In this document: positions 50,840 through 62,547 of the stretch, one piece after another
How positions within the stretch are numbered: the stretch's first letter is position 1
Layout of the letters: the number at the start of each line of letters is the position of its first letter
Assembly: GCA_963796275.1 (NCBI GenBank)
Contig: CAWCKY010000003.1
Coordinates: forward strand, 1,120,001-1,184,000
Source: an uncultured Acidobacteriota bacterium
GTDB taxonomy: Bacteria; Acidobacteriota; Blastocatellia; RBC074
Direction of reading: 5' to 3'
DNA length: 64,000 bases
Translations under genes and position numbers: made by a program
The notes under the pieces: model-generated
Database searches by the model: none
Told to the model about the DNA's origin: nothing
What the model saw: only the letters and a program-made list of their open reading frames with translations

Positions 50840-51784
50840 ATGAGGCCGAAACTAACCACAGCATTGTTTGTAATTATTGGATTGAGTCTGACGTTTATTG
50901 CCGGATGCCACCATAGGCGCGCGGAGCGGGGCAGAGCGGATGGACCCGGGGCGGAAGAGAAGATCGCGCCCAGCGACGTGGCCAGGGACGGCAAGGAGGC
51001 AGCGATCTCCATCGTTGACAAAGGAGGTGAAGGGATCGACCTCCTGGAGAGAGAAGATATCAGCCGCGCCTACAAACTCGAGCCGGCGGCCTACGTGGAT
51101 ATCCAGGGCATCAACGGCAGCATCGACGTCGAGACGGCTGAAGTTGAGATCGCCGAAGTCCTCATCGTTCGTTCGGCCAACAAAAAAGACGAACTGCAAT
51201 ACCGCAAGATCAATATCGAGCATCAACCCAACTTGCTTCGCATCAGAGTCGAGAATGACCGAAAGAGTCTATTTTCGGCCCTGGGGACTATTCCGGAAGG
51301 CCGGCAGCGCGTCATGCTTAAAGTTCCCCGCAGCGTCGTGTTTAAAACACACGGTCTGAACGGTAATCTGACGACGGGCGAATTTGATCGCAAGGTGGAG
51401 ATCAATGGTGTAAACGGCCATGTCAAAATCGGACGTTCCACCGGCCAGGCGACCTTCCGCGGCATAAATGGAAAAATCGAAGCGACGGTTGCGAAACTCT
51501 CCGATGATGGCATCAGCCTCACCGGCGTCAACGGCGACACCGATCTGCGGTTCATCGGAGATGTCAACGCGACGATCGAAGCAAACGGGTTCCACGGCGA
51601 TGTCAAACCCGATCTGCCGAATGTCGAGGTACAGTCGGGCGAATCGAATATCGGTTTTTATAAAGCGCGGATCGGGAACGGCGGAATCCGGGTAAGAATA
51701 AATGGAGTCAATGGCAACGTCTTTCTGGGTAGAGCCGAGAAGAGCATAGCGGAATCGCCCAAACCTTCGGCCAAATCGAAATGA
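50840..51784 (+). CDS. DUF4097 / putative adhesin beta-strand repeat lipoprotein
   Basis: Lipobox IAGC, repeated GING/GVNG. Confidence 0.75.
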   Translation: MRPKLTTALFVIIGLSLTFIAGCHHRRAERGRADGPGAEEKIAPSDVARDGKEAAISIVDKGGEGIDLLEREDISRAYKLEPAAYVDIQGINGSIDVETAEVEIAEVLIVRSANKKDELQYRKINIEHQPNLLRIRVENDRKSLFSALGTIPEGRQRVMLKVPRSVVFKTHGLNGNLTTGEFDRKVEINGVNGHVKIGRSTGQATFRGINGKIEATVAKLSDDGISLTGVNGDTDLRFIGDVNATIEANGFHGDVKPDLPNVEVQSGESNIGFYKARIGNGGIRVRINGVNGNVFLGRAEKSIAESPKPSAKSK

Positions 51785-52704
51785 ATTCCATAAATCCAGT
51801 CATTGAACTAGACCAGCTGCGCGTCGCGTTTGGCAAGCGCCATATCCTGCAGGACCTTCAAGGTTCGCTCAAGGGCCGCTGCATCGGATTGCTCGGGCCG
51901 AACGGTGCGGGGAAGACGACGCTCATCCACACGCTGTTGGGATTTCACCGGCCCTCCGCCGGCTCCGCGCGCATCTTCGGACGCGACATTCGCCTGGAGG
52001 CTCAGCAGCTACGCACGCTCGTAGGTTATATGCCGGAGCGCGACGCGTTCATCTCTCACATGACCTGCGTGCATTTTGTGCGTCTGATGGGTGAGTTATC
52101 CGGGTTGCCCGGTGAGGCTGCGCTCGAACGTGCGCACGAGGCGCTCTTCTATGTCGGCCTGGGCGAATCGCGCTATCGCAAGCTCGACACCTATTCGCTC
52201 GGGATGAAACAGCTCGCCAAACTTGCGCAAGCGATAGTTCACGGCCCGCGCCTGCTCTTTCTCGATGAGCCGACGAACGGGCTCGACCCGCCGGCGCGCA
52301 AACGGATGCTCGAACTGATCCGCGAGGTCCGCGATTCAGGCCGCACACACATCGTGTTTTCATCTCATCTGCTGCGCGATGTCGAAGAATGCTGTGACGA
52401 GGTATTGATTTTGAAAGACGGGCATATTGCGGCCAATTGCAACCTGGAAGAGGAGCGGCGCGCCAATCGCAAATTTATCGAAATGGAGGCGCGCGATACG
52501 ACTCCGGCTTTCGTCGAAGCGATCGGCGCGCTGGGGTGCGAGTATGCGTTGACGGACAACCAGCGGATCAAGCTCGTCATGCAGGACGGGATGGAAATTC
52601 GCGACATTTATAAGGTCGCGGCGGCGAGCAACGTGCAGATTCGCCGGTTGAATTACAAACGCGATTCGCTCGAAGACATTTTCTTGAAGGCTATGGGACA
52701 GTGA
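51781..52704 (+). CDS. ABC transporter ATP-binding protein
   Basis: [20 protein letters not shown]. Confidence 0.95.
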   Translation: MNSINPVIELDQLRVAFGKRHILQDLQGSLKGRCIGLLGPNGAGKTTLIHTLLGFHRPSAGSARIFGRDIRLEAQQLRTLVGYMPERDAFISHMTCVHFVRLMGELSGLPGEAALERAHEALFYVGLGESRYRKLDTYSLGMKQLAKLAQAIVHGPRLLFLDEPTNGLDPPARKRMLELIREVRDSGRTHIVFSSHLLRDVEECCDEVLILKDGHIAANCNLEEERRANRKFIEMEARDTTPAFVEAIGALGCEYALTDNQRIKLVMQDGMEIRDIYKVAAASNVQIRRLNYKRDSLEDIFLKAMGQ

Positions 52705-52763
52705 GGCTTTGGTGATTTCTGTGTCCTGGCTTTCGTAGTGCATTTTCTTACCGGAGAATAAGA

Positions 52764-53626
52764 ATGGCCGTTTACGAACAGGGTTACAAACCGTATGAAG
52801 GAGAATTGACGCCCACCTGGTCGCGCTTTTTGGTGATCCCGCGTTATGCCTATCAGGACCTTTTCAAATACAAGTTGTTCATCGCCTTGTTCGTCCTCTG
52901 TTTCGTCTGGCCGCTGATCTCGACGGTCCTCATTTACCTGCGCCATAACGCCAATGCCCTGGCGGCCTTCGATTTGGTATTATCTGACGTAATACCGATT
53001 AACGGCACTTTCTTCTACATCTTTACCACCATACAGACTTCTCTGGCGTTTATTTTCACGGTGATCATCGGGCCGGTTCTGATTTCGCGGGATCTGGCCA
53101 ATAACGCTCTGCCGTTATATCTCAGCCGCCCCTTTTCGCGATTTGAGTACATCATAGGCAAAATGTCGGTATTGGTGCTTCTCCTCTCGGCGTTCACATG
53201 GGTTCCGGGATTGTTGTTATTTCTCTTTCAGTCGTATCTCGAGGGAGGCGGTTGGATGGCGGACAACCTGTGGATTGCTACAGCGATTTTCACCTTGAGC
53301 ATGGCCTGGCTGATGATCCTGGCATTGCTGGCGATGGCATTTTCCGCTTGGATAAAATGGCGCACCGCTGCGAGCGCGGCGTTATTCGCTATCTTCATCG
53401 TGCCCACGCCGATTGGCGTGGCGATCCACGAGATCCTCAATTCCGACAAGGGGTTTTTGCTCAATCTCGGGGTGGCCTACGGATCATTGGCCGCTCACCT
53501 GTTCCGCCTGGATTGGATGAATGAATTACTATCGCCGGTCGAAGCATGGGCGTATTCCTCGGGTTTGCAGCGCTCTCTCTTTACATGCTCGCGCGCAAGG
53601 TGCGGGCTTACGAGGTGGTGTCGTAA
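52764..53626 (+). CDS. ABC-2 type permease (apparent 1-bp frameshift near 53550)
   Basis: [16 protein letters not shown]; alternate frame gives final TM and [10 protein letters not shown] coupled (TAATG) to next gene. Confidence 0.85.
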
Positions 53627-54585
53627 TGCGATCGAACAGTGAACATCTGAGCTCCGAGATCGTTTTTGAGGATGTCTCGAAGTTCTATGGTGAGATCCTC
53701 GGCATCAATCGCGTCAATCTGACGATTATGCCGGGCATCACATCGCTCGTCGGCCCCAATGGTTCGGGGAAAACGACGTTGATGAATCTGATGACCGGAT
53801 TGATTCAGCCGACGCGCGGTCGCATCAGCATTCTCGGCGTCTCGCCGGACGAGCCGCAGTCGCTCTTTCGCATGGTCGGCTATTGCGGGCAGTTCGATTC
53901 GTTTCCGAAAGGGATGACCGGATATGAGTTCATCAAATCGTTCCTGCTCATTCACGGTTACTCGAAGAAAGAAGCGGACGAGAAGACGTGGATCGCAATC
54001 GAACGGGTCGATCTGGTCGATGCCGCGCATCGCAAAGTGGCCGGTTACAGCAAAGGAATGCGGCAGCGCATCCGCCTGGCGCAATCGATCGCGCACGATC
54101 CGACCGTTATGATTCTGGACGAACCCCTGAACGGTCTCGATCCGATGGCACGGGCGGAGACGATCCGCCTCTTCCGCCAACTCGCGAAAGGCGGGCTTCA
54201 CCTGATCATATCGAGCCATATCCTGCATGAAGTGGATATGATGTCGGACCGCGTCGTATTGATCAACAACGGCTATATTCTAGCCGAGGGCGGTGTGAGC
54301 GGCGTCCGCGAAGAGATGGATGAGCATCCGCTCCAGATCATGATTCGTTGCGATCATCCGCAGGATCTGGCCGCCCGCGTTTTCGCCTCGGACAACGTCG
54401 TCGAAGCTCAATTGCATCGGGACAATGGTGGATTGTTCATCAAGACGCGCAATGCCGAGGCGTTCTACCTGCTGCTCAATCGCCTCGTCGTGGAAAACGG
54501 AGTGGGCATCGAATCGGTCGCGCCGGTCGACGATGACCTCAATGCGGTTTATCACTATCTGATCGGATCGAACGGAAGCGGTTGA
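53626..54585 (+). CDS. ABC transporter ATP-binding protein
   Basis: [21 protein letters not shown]. Confidence 0.95.
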   Translation: MRSNSEHLSSEIVFEDVSKFYGEILGINRVNLTIMPGITSLVGPNGSGKTTLMNLMTGLIQPTRGRISILGVSPDEPQSLFRMVGYCGQFDSFPKGMTGYEFIKSFLLIHGYSKKEADEKTWIAIERVDLVDAAHRKVAGYSKGMRQRIRLAQSIAHDPTVMILDEPLNGLDPMARAETIRLFRQLAKGGLHLIISSHILHEVDMMSDRVVLINNGYILAEGGVSGVREEMDEHPLQIMIRCDHPQDLAARVFASDNVVEAQLHRDNGGLFIKTRNAEAFYLLLNRLVVENGVGIESVAPVDDDLNAVYHYLIGSNGSG

Positions 54586-54682
54586 CGATTTGGCCGGGAT
54601 TTACAGGGTTTTTCAGGGTTTACCCACTATCCTGTCATTCTTGAATAATCTGGTGAGCCCAGTCTATTGGTGAGGCACAAGC

Positions 54683-55549
54683 ATGCGTACAGAGATTGAA
54701 ACAATGAAACCGGTGGCGGCCCATCCGGACTGGCCGCTCTGGCTGCGGCAGGTCCGCGCGATTTTGCGAATAGAAATCAGGAAGAACTTTTTGGGCAAAC
54801 GGGCGTTGTTGCTCTATTTGTTTGCAGCGATCCCGGTGCTGTTGATGTTCATATTAGTAGTATTCGACCCGAATGCAGAGGATGACATCAGGGGAAGATG
54901 GTCGGCGGCGGTTGAGACTTTCGCGTACATTTATGAAGCCTTGATACTGCGAACGATGGTCTTTTTCGGCTGCGCATGGATTTTTATGAACCTCTTTCGC
55001 GGCGAGGTAGTCGATAAGAGTCTGCACTACTACTTTCTCGCGCCGCTCCGGCGCGAAGTCCTGGTCGCCGGAAAATTTATGTCGGGTTTGCTGGCATCGG
55101 TCGTACTGTTCACTCTGACGAGTGCGGGATCGCTTTATTTCCTCTACTACGCGCGCGGCTATCCGGCGAATGTGGAATATCTCTTCGATGGCCCTGGAAT
55201 GGCACAGGTTCTTACCTATCTTGGAATAACCATTCTCGCGTGTCTCGGTTATGGGGCAGTATTTCTCGTCATCGGATTATTCTTTCGCAATCCGATCATA
55301 CCGGCGTTGCTCGTGTATGGTTGGGAGTGGATAAATTTCCTGCTGCCGCCCGTATTGAAGAAGATCAGCATCGTTCATTACTTGCACACGCTCTCTCCCG
55401 TGCCTATGAATGAAGGTCCGCTGGCGACTGTGGCGGAAGCTACGCCACCCTGGATCTCGGTACCGAGTTTAATCGTTTTTACGGCGCTCGTGTTGTTCCT
55501 CGCCGGTATCCGCATACGAAAGATGGAGATTGGGTATGGCGTGGAATAG
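54683..55549 (+). CDS. ABC-2 type permease
   Basis: Multiple TM helices, [18 protein letters not shown]. Confidence 0.88.
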   Translation: MRTEIETMKPVAAHPDWPLWLRQVRAILRIEIRKNFLGKRALLLYLFAAIPVLLMFILVVFDPNAEDDIRGRWSAAVETFAYIYEALILRTMVFFGCAWIFMNLFRGEVVDKSLHYYFLAPLRREVLVAGKFMSGLLASVVLFTLTSAGSLYFLYYARGYPANVEYLFDGPGMAQVLTYLGITILACLGYGAVFLVIGLFFRNPIIPALLVYGWEWINFLLPPVLKKISIVHYLHTLSPVPMNEGPLATVAEATPPWISVPSLIVFTALVLFLAGIRIRKMEIGYGVE

Positions 55550-56230
55550 AAATAATGGGAACCGATTGACGGACTGAGGCCAGATGGCCTTGCGAGTTTT
55601 CATAAGTCAAGGTTAAGCGCGCCGAGCGCCGGCGGTGAAAAGACCTGCGTGTCATCGCCGATCCCGGCTCCATTCATCTTGGCTCGCCATAGACCGATTG
55701 TCTTAATATCAGTTTTTCTATTCTCATTAATACCTCCCCCTGTAGATCGCACATCCCATAAATGCGAAGAGACACGATTGGCTGTATCGTGCCGCTTCGC
55801 CTCCTAAAAAGGCTGTTAAAGTGGTTGGCTGAGGCGTATATCGCGTTTTCACCCACTGAATGGCCGAGCAAAAAAAACTTGCAAGAAAATATAGAGAAAA
55901 TTATTTAGTCTGAGCCTCTGACGCCCCTGATAGGTGACTGGGAGGGCAGAAAGAAACTGGGTCCTCCGTCAAATATCCAGGTTATTACAAGGCGTAAAAC
56001 CTCTCGGCTACCGCCTCAACCGTCTTCTGGTTATCCGGTCACACTGTCGCTCTAGGTCCTCGGGTTGAACTGACCGACGGTTTTGATCTGCGATCAACTT
56101 AGACTCTGGCAAATGCCAATAGTTCCGTCTCATTTACAATTTGTATTGATCGGATGTCACTTCTTCAATAGCAAATGGCAACTGAACCAGTTATGTTATG
56201 CTTGAGCAATATTCCAGAGGCTATATCAAG

Positions 56231-56758
56231 ATGATCGAAGATATTCGGCAAGAAGGTATCTCAAGCGGCCCGCAAATTTTCTCAGAATTCCAATCGCTCG
56301 ACCCGCGAGTTATTAAACTTTGGATGGTCAGCGATCTGGTCGGATATGGTGTCATGCTGCTCATTCTCCTGCTCAGTTGCCTCGTCTGGGCATTTTGGCA
56401 GCCCTTGATTATGTTGTGGCTGGTCGCCGGCTGGCTTGTGGTGGCCGTAACTTGTTTGTGGTACAGCTTCTGGCGCCCACCCCGGGCTTATCGCGCTTGG
56501 GGTTATCGGATTGACAATCGGGTACTGGAGACGCGCAGCGGGATAGTATTTCACCGCGCACGATTGCTGCCACTCTCACGGCTGCAACACGTAGACATCG
56601 AGCGTGGTCCGTTCGAGCGAATGTATGGCCTCGCTTCGCTAGTTTTGCATACCGCCGGGACGCATTCGGCTAGTATTTTGATCCCTGGTCTAGACGCGGA
56701 CGAGGCTCTCCGGTTACGAGATCGGCTCGTGGAGGTCGGAGGGGACGATGCCGTCTGA
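56231..56758 (+). CDS. YdbS-like membrane-flanked bacterial PH domain protein
   Basis: Two TMs, [24 protein letters not shown]. Confidence 0.88.
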   Translation: MIEDIRQEGISSGPQIFSEFQSLDPRVIKLWMVSDLVGYGVMLLILLLSCLVWAFWQPLIMLWLVAGWLVVAVTCLWYSFWRPPRAYRAWGYRIDNRVLETRSGIVFHRARLLPLSRLQHVDIERGPFERMYGLASLVLHTAGTHSASILIPGLDADEALRLRDRLVEVGGDDAV

Positions 56759-58267
56759 AATTTTATCTCAACCAATTTTTGAAGGGCGATTGCATCCGCT
56801 CACGCTCCTTTTCGGCTTATTGAAAGGGCTTCGAGGAGCGATTCCTATTATCCCGCTGATCTACCTGGGCAATAGATGGACATTCGCGATGCTATTGCTG
56901 ATCTTTTTTGTGGGAACAGTAATCAGTGCGCTCGCGCGCTACTTCTCATTCAGCTATCGCATCAAGGACAACGAATTGATCACCGAGCAGGGAATACTGG
57001 CGCGCAAACATCGGAGCATACCGCTCGAGAGAGTGCAGGAGATTCGCATCGAACAGGGCGTTATGCACCGTCTCTTCAATGTCGTCAACGCCCGGATCGA
57101 AACGGGTGGAGGGGAAGGCGCAGAAGCCAGCCTCTCTGTGCTCTCGCGACCTGAAGCCGAAAAATTACGGCGGATTGTCATTGAACGGGCCGCGGCGATC
57201 AGGGCTGGAAGCGCGCAAACGCATACCGCAAATGCAGATGTCATTGCGCCTGACCGAATCATCATCTGCCGATTGGGCTTCAAAGATTTGATAATCGACG
57301 GATTGATTTCAAATCATGTCTCTCTTTTTTCGTGCTCGCTGGAATGATCTGGAATTTCGCAGATGATATTTTGCCAGAAAATATCTACCAGCAGGCGGCG
57401 GGTATCGTTTCCGAAGCAATGATGCGCCTGATTGCGAGAGGGGCTGTGACTGCTGTAGTAATCACCGTGCTCGGCGCCCTGACCATACTTGTTGTCGGAC
57501 TCGTCGCTTCAATCGCGCGCTCTTTTCTTAAGTTTTACGGGTTCACCTTTTCTCGTCGCGGTGACGATCTGCAGCGCAGTTACGGTCTCCTGACGCAAAG
57601 AGCCAGCAGTCTGCCGCGCCGCCGCATTCAGGTGTTGGAGATCGAGGAGCAGTTATTGCGCCGCCTGTTCGGCTGGGCGACCCTGCGTGCCGATACATCC
57701 GGAAGTCATCGCGAGGACGAAGACAATAATGACGGGCGTGACGTATTGATCCCGCTCGTGCGTCGCGGCGAGGTCGATCGGCTGCTACCGATCATCTTCG
57801 ATAGTTTCAAGCCGGAAGATAAAGAGTGGCGCCGTGTATCCAGACTTGCGATCCGGCGCGGGACGATCAAAGGCGGATTTTTGGGTTTAATTACCTCTGC
57901 CGCCTTGTTCTTATATTACGGAGAATTGTTTGCCTTGTGGCCACTGACGATGTTGCCGCTGGCCTATCTCATCAGCCTGGCTCGTTACCGAAACCTGGGC
58001 TATGCGATGGATGATCTCTACTTGCGTACGAGGCGAGGCTGGCTCGGACGCTCGACCCACATAGTCCCCATCAACAAGATTCAGGCGATCGAGATCCAGC
58101 AAACCCCGTTCGATCGCCATCTTAATCTGGCCACCCTGTATATCGACACGGCCGGACAGGCATATACGGGTGGAGGCCCGCACATCAGTAATCTGCCGTT
58201 TGCCGAAGCGAGATTTATCGCGGCTGAGTTGGCCCACAAGGCAGCCGCAACGAGATATAAATGGTAG
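56748..58267 (+). CDS. YdbT-like multi-PH-domain membrane protein (frameshift in T run 57324-57330)
   Basis: RLHPLT start and three bPH_2-like segments across ORFs 56748..57347 and 57332..58267. Confidence 0.85.
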
Positions 58268-58276
58268 AGCATTTAA

Positions 58277-58408
58277 CATTTGTCATTTGTCATTTGTCAT
58301 TTGTCATTAATTGATGGAGCTTTTTCAACTGACAACTGACAACTGACAACTGACAACTGACAACTGACAACTGACAACTGACAACTGACAACTGATAAAT
58401 GACAAATG
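58277..58408. repeat. Heptamer arrays (CATTTGT)x4 and (CAACTGA)x10 between convergent genes
   Basis: 58277-58304 and 58326-58395, followed by TAAATGACAAATG complementary to first array. Confidence 0.95.
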
Positions 58409-58409
58409 C

Positions 58410-61400
58410 TCAGTTCCCCTTACCCTGGAAAATATTCAGCCATGACAGAATATTCTGCACCGCTTCGGGAAATTGCGCACCCAGCAGCGCGATGATCGGG
58501 ACTATGCCATGAATCAGCACCCTATAAACCAGATCGCCGCTCAGATTGAATGTTCCCGGGGTAGTGCCTGATAGCAAACTCAGCACTCTGTCGCGATTCA
58601 ATTGTATGAAGATGAATAGCGTCACCGCGGCGACCACCAGCATTGATACCCAACTGAAGAGCAATAACGGCTCGCGCGGCTGGAATGGATAGGATGTGGC
58701 GGCCAGCAGCATTAAGATCAACCCCACGGTCACCAGTCCCGCCATGTTCTGCAGATGCACGAGAATGTACTGCAGAAACGAAGCGACATGACCGATCATA
58801 AAAACCCTGCCCTGCCTGACCAGATCGGGATATTTCGCGGAGTCGTCGCCGATCTCGGTCCAGCGCGCTTCCATCCAGTCGGCTATCTCGTGGGAAGCAG
58901 CCGATATCGCCTGCTGCGTATCGCGGCGCGGTTTCAATGAGGCGCGCCATCGCCCCTCAGATTCGGCCTGGATCGCCTGCTGCAGCAGCTCTTCGGCTTC
59001 ATCGATTTCAAACCAGATATTTTTCTGGGTCCGGTTCGGCCATATCGAAACCCGCTCTTGTTTTTTCGTGTCATCGAGCAGACGGAAGAACTCCTTCGCG
59101 TGAGTGATCGAAGCGGACATCGCGGTATAAGTCGGCGTAGGCGACATTAAATTGACTTTTGGCATCAGTTGCAGGCTGTTGGTATCTATCGGCGTGTTGA
59201 ACAGAGGATGCCACTCCAGACGTTTGAGCAGTTGCCGGAGGGCCAGCGAGAGCCAGCAGAACCGCAGAAATGTCCAGCCGAGCAGTAGCGGTATCAGGTA
59301 GAACCCCATCTTGAAGAACCAGTCGATCCATTGCCCTTCGATGGATGGGATGTGGTGATCGATGAAGCGATGATAGTAGGGTATTCCTACGATGATGATC
59401 ATCAGGTATGCGCCGTTGACCGAAAAAATGCGTCCGATGACGAGTGCCTTTACTTTGTCTTCAATGGTTTTGAGCCCGGCGAACGATTCCCTCGCAAAGT
59501 TAAGATACGGATCGAATGAGGGAGGCTCTTTTGTCTGATCCTTCAGGAAATACATCTTCTCGGCCAGCTCCAATCGCCGTAGTGCGCTGAAGATGGCTAA
59601 AAAGAAGGCGAGGCTCAGAAATATCCACGGCAACAATATAGAAACGCCGCTCCTGAAATCGGTGGCGCGCAGAAAGAAGAAAAGCGATTCTAGGGCCGTT
59701 TTTTTAGTGTACGCGGAGATCACCATGCTTCCCAGCGCGATGCACGCCAGTAACAACATCACCATAGCTATCAGCAAGGAGAAAAACGCCATCGACCGCG
59801 ATCGCAGCCCAACGTATGGCTGGCGCACCCAATCGAGAATACTCAAGAGCAGCCATGGAAGGACCGAGAAGAGAATAAGCAGAGTGAGCGCGAAGACCGT
59901 GTATGCGGCAGCTCGGGCCCAGATGCTGTGATCCCACAAGGGATTTTTTTCGAGCCTTATCCATTCGGGCAACAACGCCGTCACTGTACAGACGAGTGAA
60001 ATGATCAGCAGGCTGACGCAGCATGAGAAAAGATAGACTCGCCGGTCGAAGTTGTAGCAATATTTCTCGTCGACGCTGAAAGTCCGTCCGACCCAGGTGC
60101 GATTGAGGAGTTTGAGTGAATTCAGCCACTGGTGAATATCACCGGTCAGCTTGAAAAAATAGAAGCGTTTGCCCAGCAATCTGAAGGGCCACTTGTGCGA
60201 CTGTTCGTTGAGCAGCTCCCGCACCATTTGCAGAAGCAAGACAACTACCGGAAACAGGCACAACAGACCGATCAACAATAAGATACCGGTTATCAGAGAT
60301 GAGTGGTCGCTATGACTTACGCGCACCAGTCGATTCTGGCCGTTTGTTGTCTCGGGTTTGGGCGGGATCGGATATGTCCCGCTCACCTGCGCCGCATCCT
60401 GTTGTAATTTATCTATCCCCTCATTCAATTTTTCGCGCGGGATTTTTTGCTCTTCATCCGGCCCGATAATCTTGACCGGCCAGATGCTGTTGCGCCCTAC
60501 GATCCCGAGCCAGTAAACCGGGTGATGGAAATGAGACTCGGAATCCGCCCCGGAATGTCGGCCTGTATCGAATGGACGCCCGTATTCAACCATTCTTTCG
60601 GGTTCATCCATCAGAGCCAGAAGCGCGTTATAGACCCCTTCAGCGCCATGAGAGGAAAATTGCAGACGGCCCTTATATCCATTGAATGGATAACTCCAGT
60701 ACTGGTTGAGATTGAAGAGCGGATAGGGTGAAATTACGAGAGAGCCCTGAAAATCCAGATTCGCTTCGGAATGCAGGTAGAGGAGGTCTCCGCTGAACAT
60801 AAAGATGACGGCGTTAGGGCAATGTTTACGCAGTTCCCGTACGAGGAATATCTGGTCCTGTACGTCGGTCGCCACCAATCCGATATAGCGTATCGGCTCG
60901 CGGTGAATCGCGGAAAGAATTTCTCTCAGGATAAGTTCGGTTGATGCCGTCTCGAGAGGAGAAAAGAGCGGGATGACATCGCGGGCATCAGATCCTTCGT
61001 TTAGTGGCAGAGATGTCTCGTGTGTCGGGCTGAGCGCACTATCGCTGACATCCGGTTTTGCACTGGTCCTCGTTTTAGATACCTCGTTGCGCAACTTCGA
61101 TATGTGGAGTGGAAAGGTGAGCGATAAGACGTTTACATCCACAGAGTCTTTGTCCTGATTCTGTTCAGAGAAGCAAGGCGATTCTACATCCAGAAGCTCG
61201 CTCTTCATCTGATTTTTTATTCTCTTGGTTTTCTCTAAATTTTCCGTGTCAGTTTGTTTCGGTTTACTTTTTTGACCATAGGATGTGTTGCCTTCGGTAA
61301 GGATCGCTATTTGAGGTTCGTCAACTCCTTCCTTGATTGCGCCAATGTCGCGCAGGTATGCGAAAAAGGCTTTTTGTACATCGGAATCGAGCGGGACAGT

Positions 61401-62270
61401 CGTGTTGAATGTCACATTCGCATTATTTCCGGTGAGGCAGAGGATGTCGTTTTTGTTAATCGCCGTGGCGCTGCCCGAAATGATCTGCACTTTTACGCGA
61501 GCAGACCGCGGTCTCTGATTGAAAAGCTCTTTGATCGAGAGGGAGAGCGATGTCGCCGAGCCGGAAAAACTGGGGCCGAGCACACGGATTTTCCAGCTCC
61601 CGTCTTCCGATGGCTGAGAGATCCCCGCTTCGTGGAGCCGCAATATCTGGTCGAGCGCATTGTTGAAAGCATCTTTGTGTATCCCGGTGGTCGGAGTTTC
61701 ACCCACCAGAAATAGTAGTAACAATCGGCGGTCGTCCGGTTTGATATTGCGGAAAAGGATGATGCCCGGTTCACGCAAATAGGCGCGCCGCATCTGGTAA
61801 GCCGTCAGCTGTTGCGAGCTCATCGATCGCCCCCAGGGCAGCCGGTTGCGGTCCAACACATATCCGGTTACTTCAACCGCGCGTTGCATCGCATCGAGAT
61901 TGCGGTCGAAGAAATAATCGAGACGCGAATCTCGGGGATCGGGAATGGTGGCGATCATATGCTCGATGTGATATCCCTTCGGATTCCTGCCGGCCAGGAG
62001 GAGACAATAGTCACCGCGTTCATTGTCAGGTTTTGCAGGTTTTATGCCGAAGAAGTCACAGAGCAATCTCGCCGCACCATCTCGCTCCGGCCCAGGCGTG
62101 CGAGATGCCGCGACCGATTGGGCGGTCGATCCCGCGGCCAGAGCCGCTGATGGTTTTTGGTTGATCGCATCCTGTAAGGCAGCCCCTTGCTTCCAGCTTA
62201 TCACCGGAAGAACGACCGCAAGTGCGACCAATAAAGAAAGCATGGCAGATTTTTGGTTCAGGCTATTCAT
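58410..62270 (-). CDS. Large hypothetical membrane protein (extracytoplasmic N-half, multi-TM C-half)
   Basis: 1286-aa ORF, signal/TM at N-terminus, about 10 hydrophobic helices after residue ~660. Confidence 0.8.
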   Translation of the reverse strand: MNSLNQKSAMLSLLVALAVVLPVISWKQGAALQDAINQKPSAALAAGSTAQSVAASRTPGPERDGAARLLCDFFGIKPAKPDNERGDYCLLLAGRNPKGYHIEHMIATIPDPRDSRLDYFFDRNLDAMQRAVEVTGYVLDRNRLPWGRSMSSQQLTAYQMRRAYLREPGIILFRNIKPDDRRLLLLFLVGETPTTGIHKDAFNNALDQILRLHEAGISQPSEDGSWKIRVLGPSFSGSATSLSLSIKELFNQRPRSARVKVQIISGSATAINKNDILCLTGNNANVTFNTTVPLDSDVQKAFFAYLRDIGAIKEGVDEPQIAILTEGNTSYGQKSKPKQTDTENLEKTKRIKNQMKSELLDVESPCFSEQNQDKDSVDVNVLSLTFPLHISKLRNEVSKTRTSAKPDVSDSALSPTHETSLPLNEGSDARDVIPLFSPLETASTELILREILSAIHREPIRYIGLVATDVQDQIFLVRELRKHCPNAVIFMFSGDLLYLHSEANLDFQGSLVISPYPLFNLNQYWSYPFNGYKGRLQFSSHGAEGVYNALLALMDEPERMVEYGRPFDTGRHSGADSESHFHHPVYWLGIVGRNSIWPVKIIGPDEEQKIPREKLNEGIDKLQQDAAQVSGTYPIPPKPETTNGQNRLVRVSHSDHSSLITGILLLIGLLCLFPVVVLLLQMVRELLNEQSHKWPFRLLGKRFYFFKLTGDIHQWLNSLKLLNRTWVGRTFSVDEKYCYNFDRRVYLFSCCVSLLIISLVCTVTALLPEWIRLEKNPLWDHSIWARAAAYTVFALTLLILFSVLPWLLLSILDWVRQPYVGLRSRSMAFFSLLIAMVMLLLACIALGSMVISAYTKKTALESLFFFLRATDFRSGVSILLPWIFLSLAFFLAIFSALRRLELAEKMYFLKDQTKEPPSFDPYLNFARESFAGLKTIEDKVKALVIGRIFSVNGAYLMIIIVGIPYYHRFIDHHIPSIEGQWIDWFFKMGFYLIPLLLGWTFLRFCWLSLALRQLLKRLEWHPLFNTPIDTNSLQLMPKVNLMSPTPTYTAMSASITHAKEFFRLLDDTKKQERVSIWPNRTQKNIWFEIDEAEELLQQAIQAESEGRWRASLKPRRDTQQAISAASHEIADWMEARWTEIGDDSAKYPDLVRQGRVFMIGHVASFLQYILVHLQNMAGLVTVGLILMLLAATSYPFQPREPLLLFSWVSMLVVAAVTLFIFIQLNRDRVLSLLSGTTPGTFNLSGDLVYRVLIHGIVPIIALLGAQFPEAVQNILSWLNIFQGKGN

Positions 62271-62547
62271 CGCTCACTGGCTGACAATCTAAAAGGAAAC
62301 CGGGTTCCGGATTCAATTGTGAAGAAATTGATCTCGGGGGAAAATTAAAGCGATGTCTATTGGTGTCATCTTAGTCGGGTAACATACAATAAAAGTTGAT
62401 TGAAAGGAAGGATACGGAAGACAGGGACTAATGGTAGGTGCGTGCAAAGAAAGATGAAGAGGCTTTGTTAGAAGATTTGCAACATTGTCCTAATGTCTAA
62501 CGCTTTCTGGCCCTTCGTTTTAGCCTCATAATTTGGATATTTAAAAC

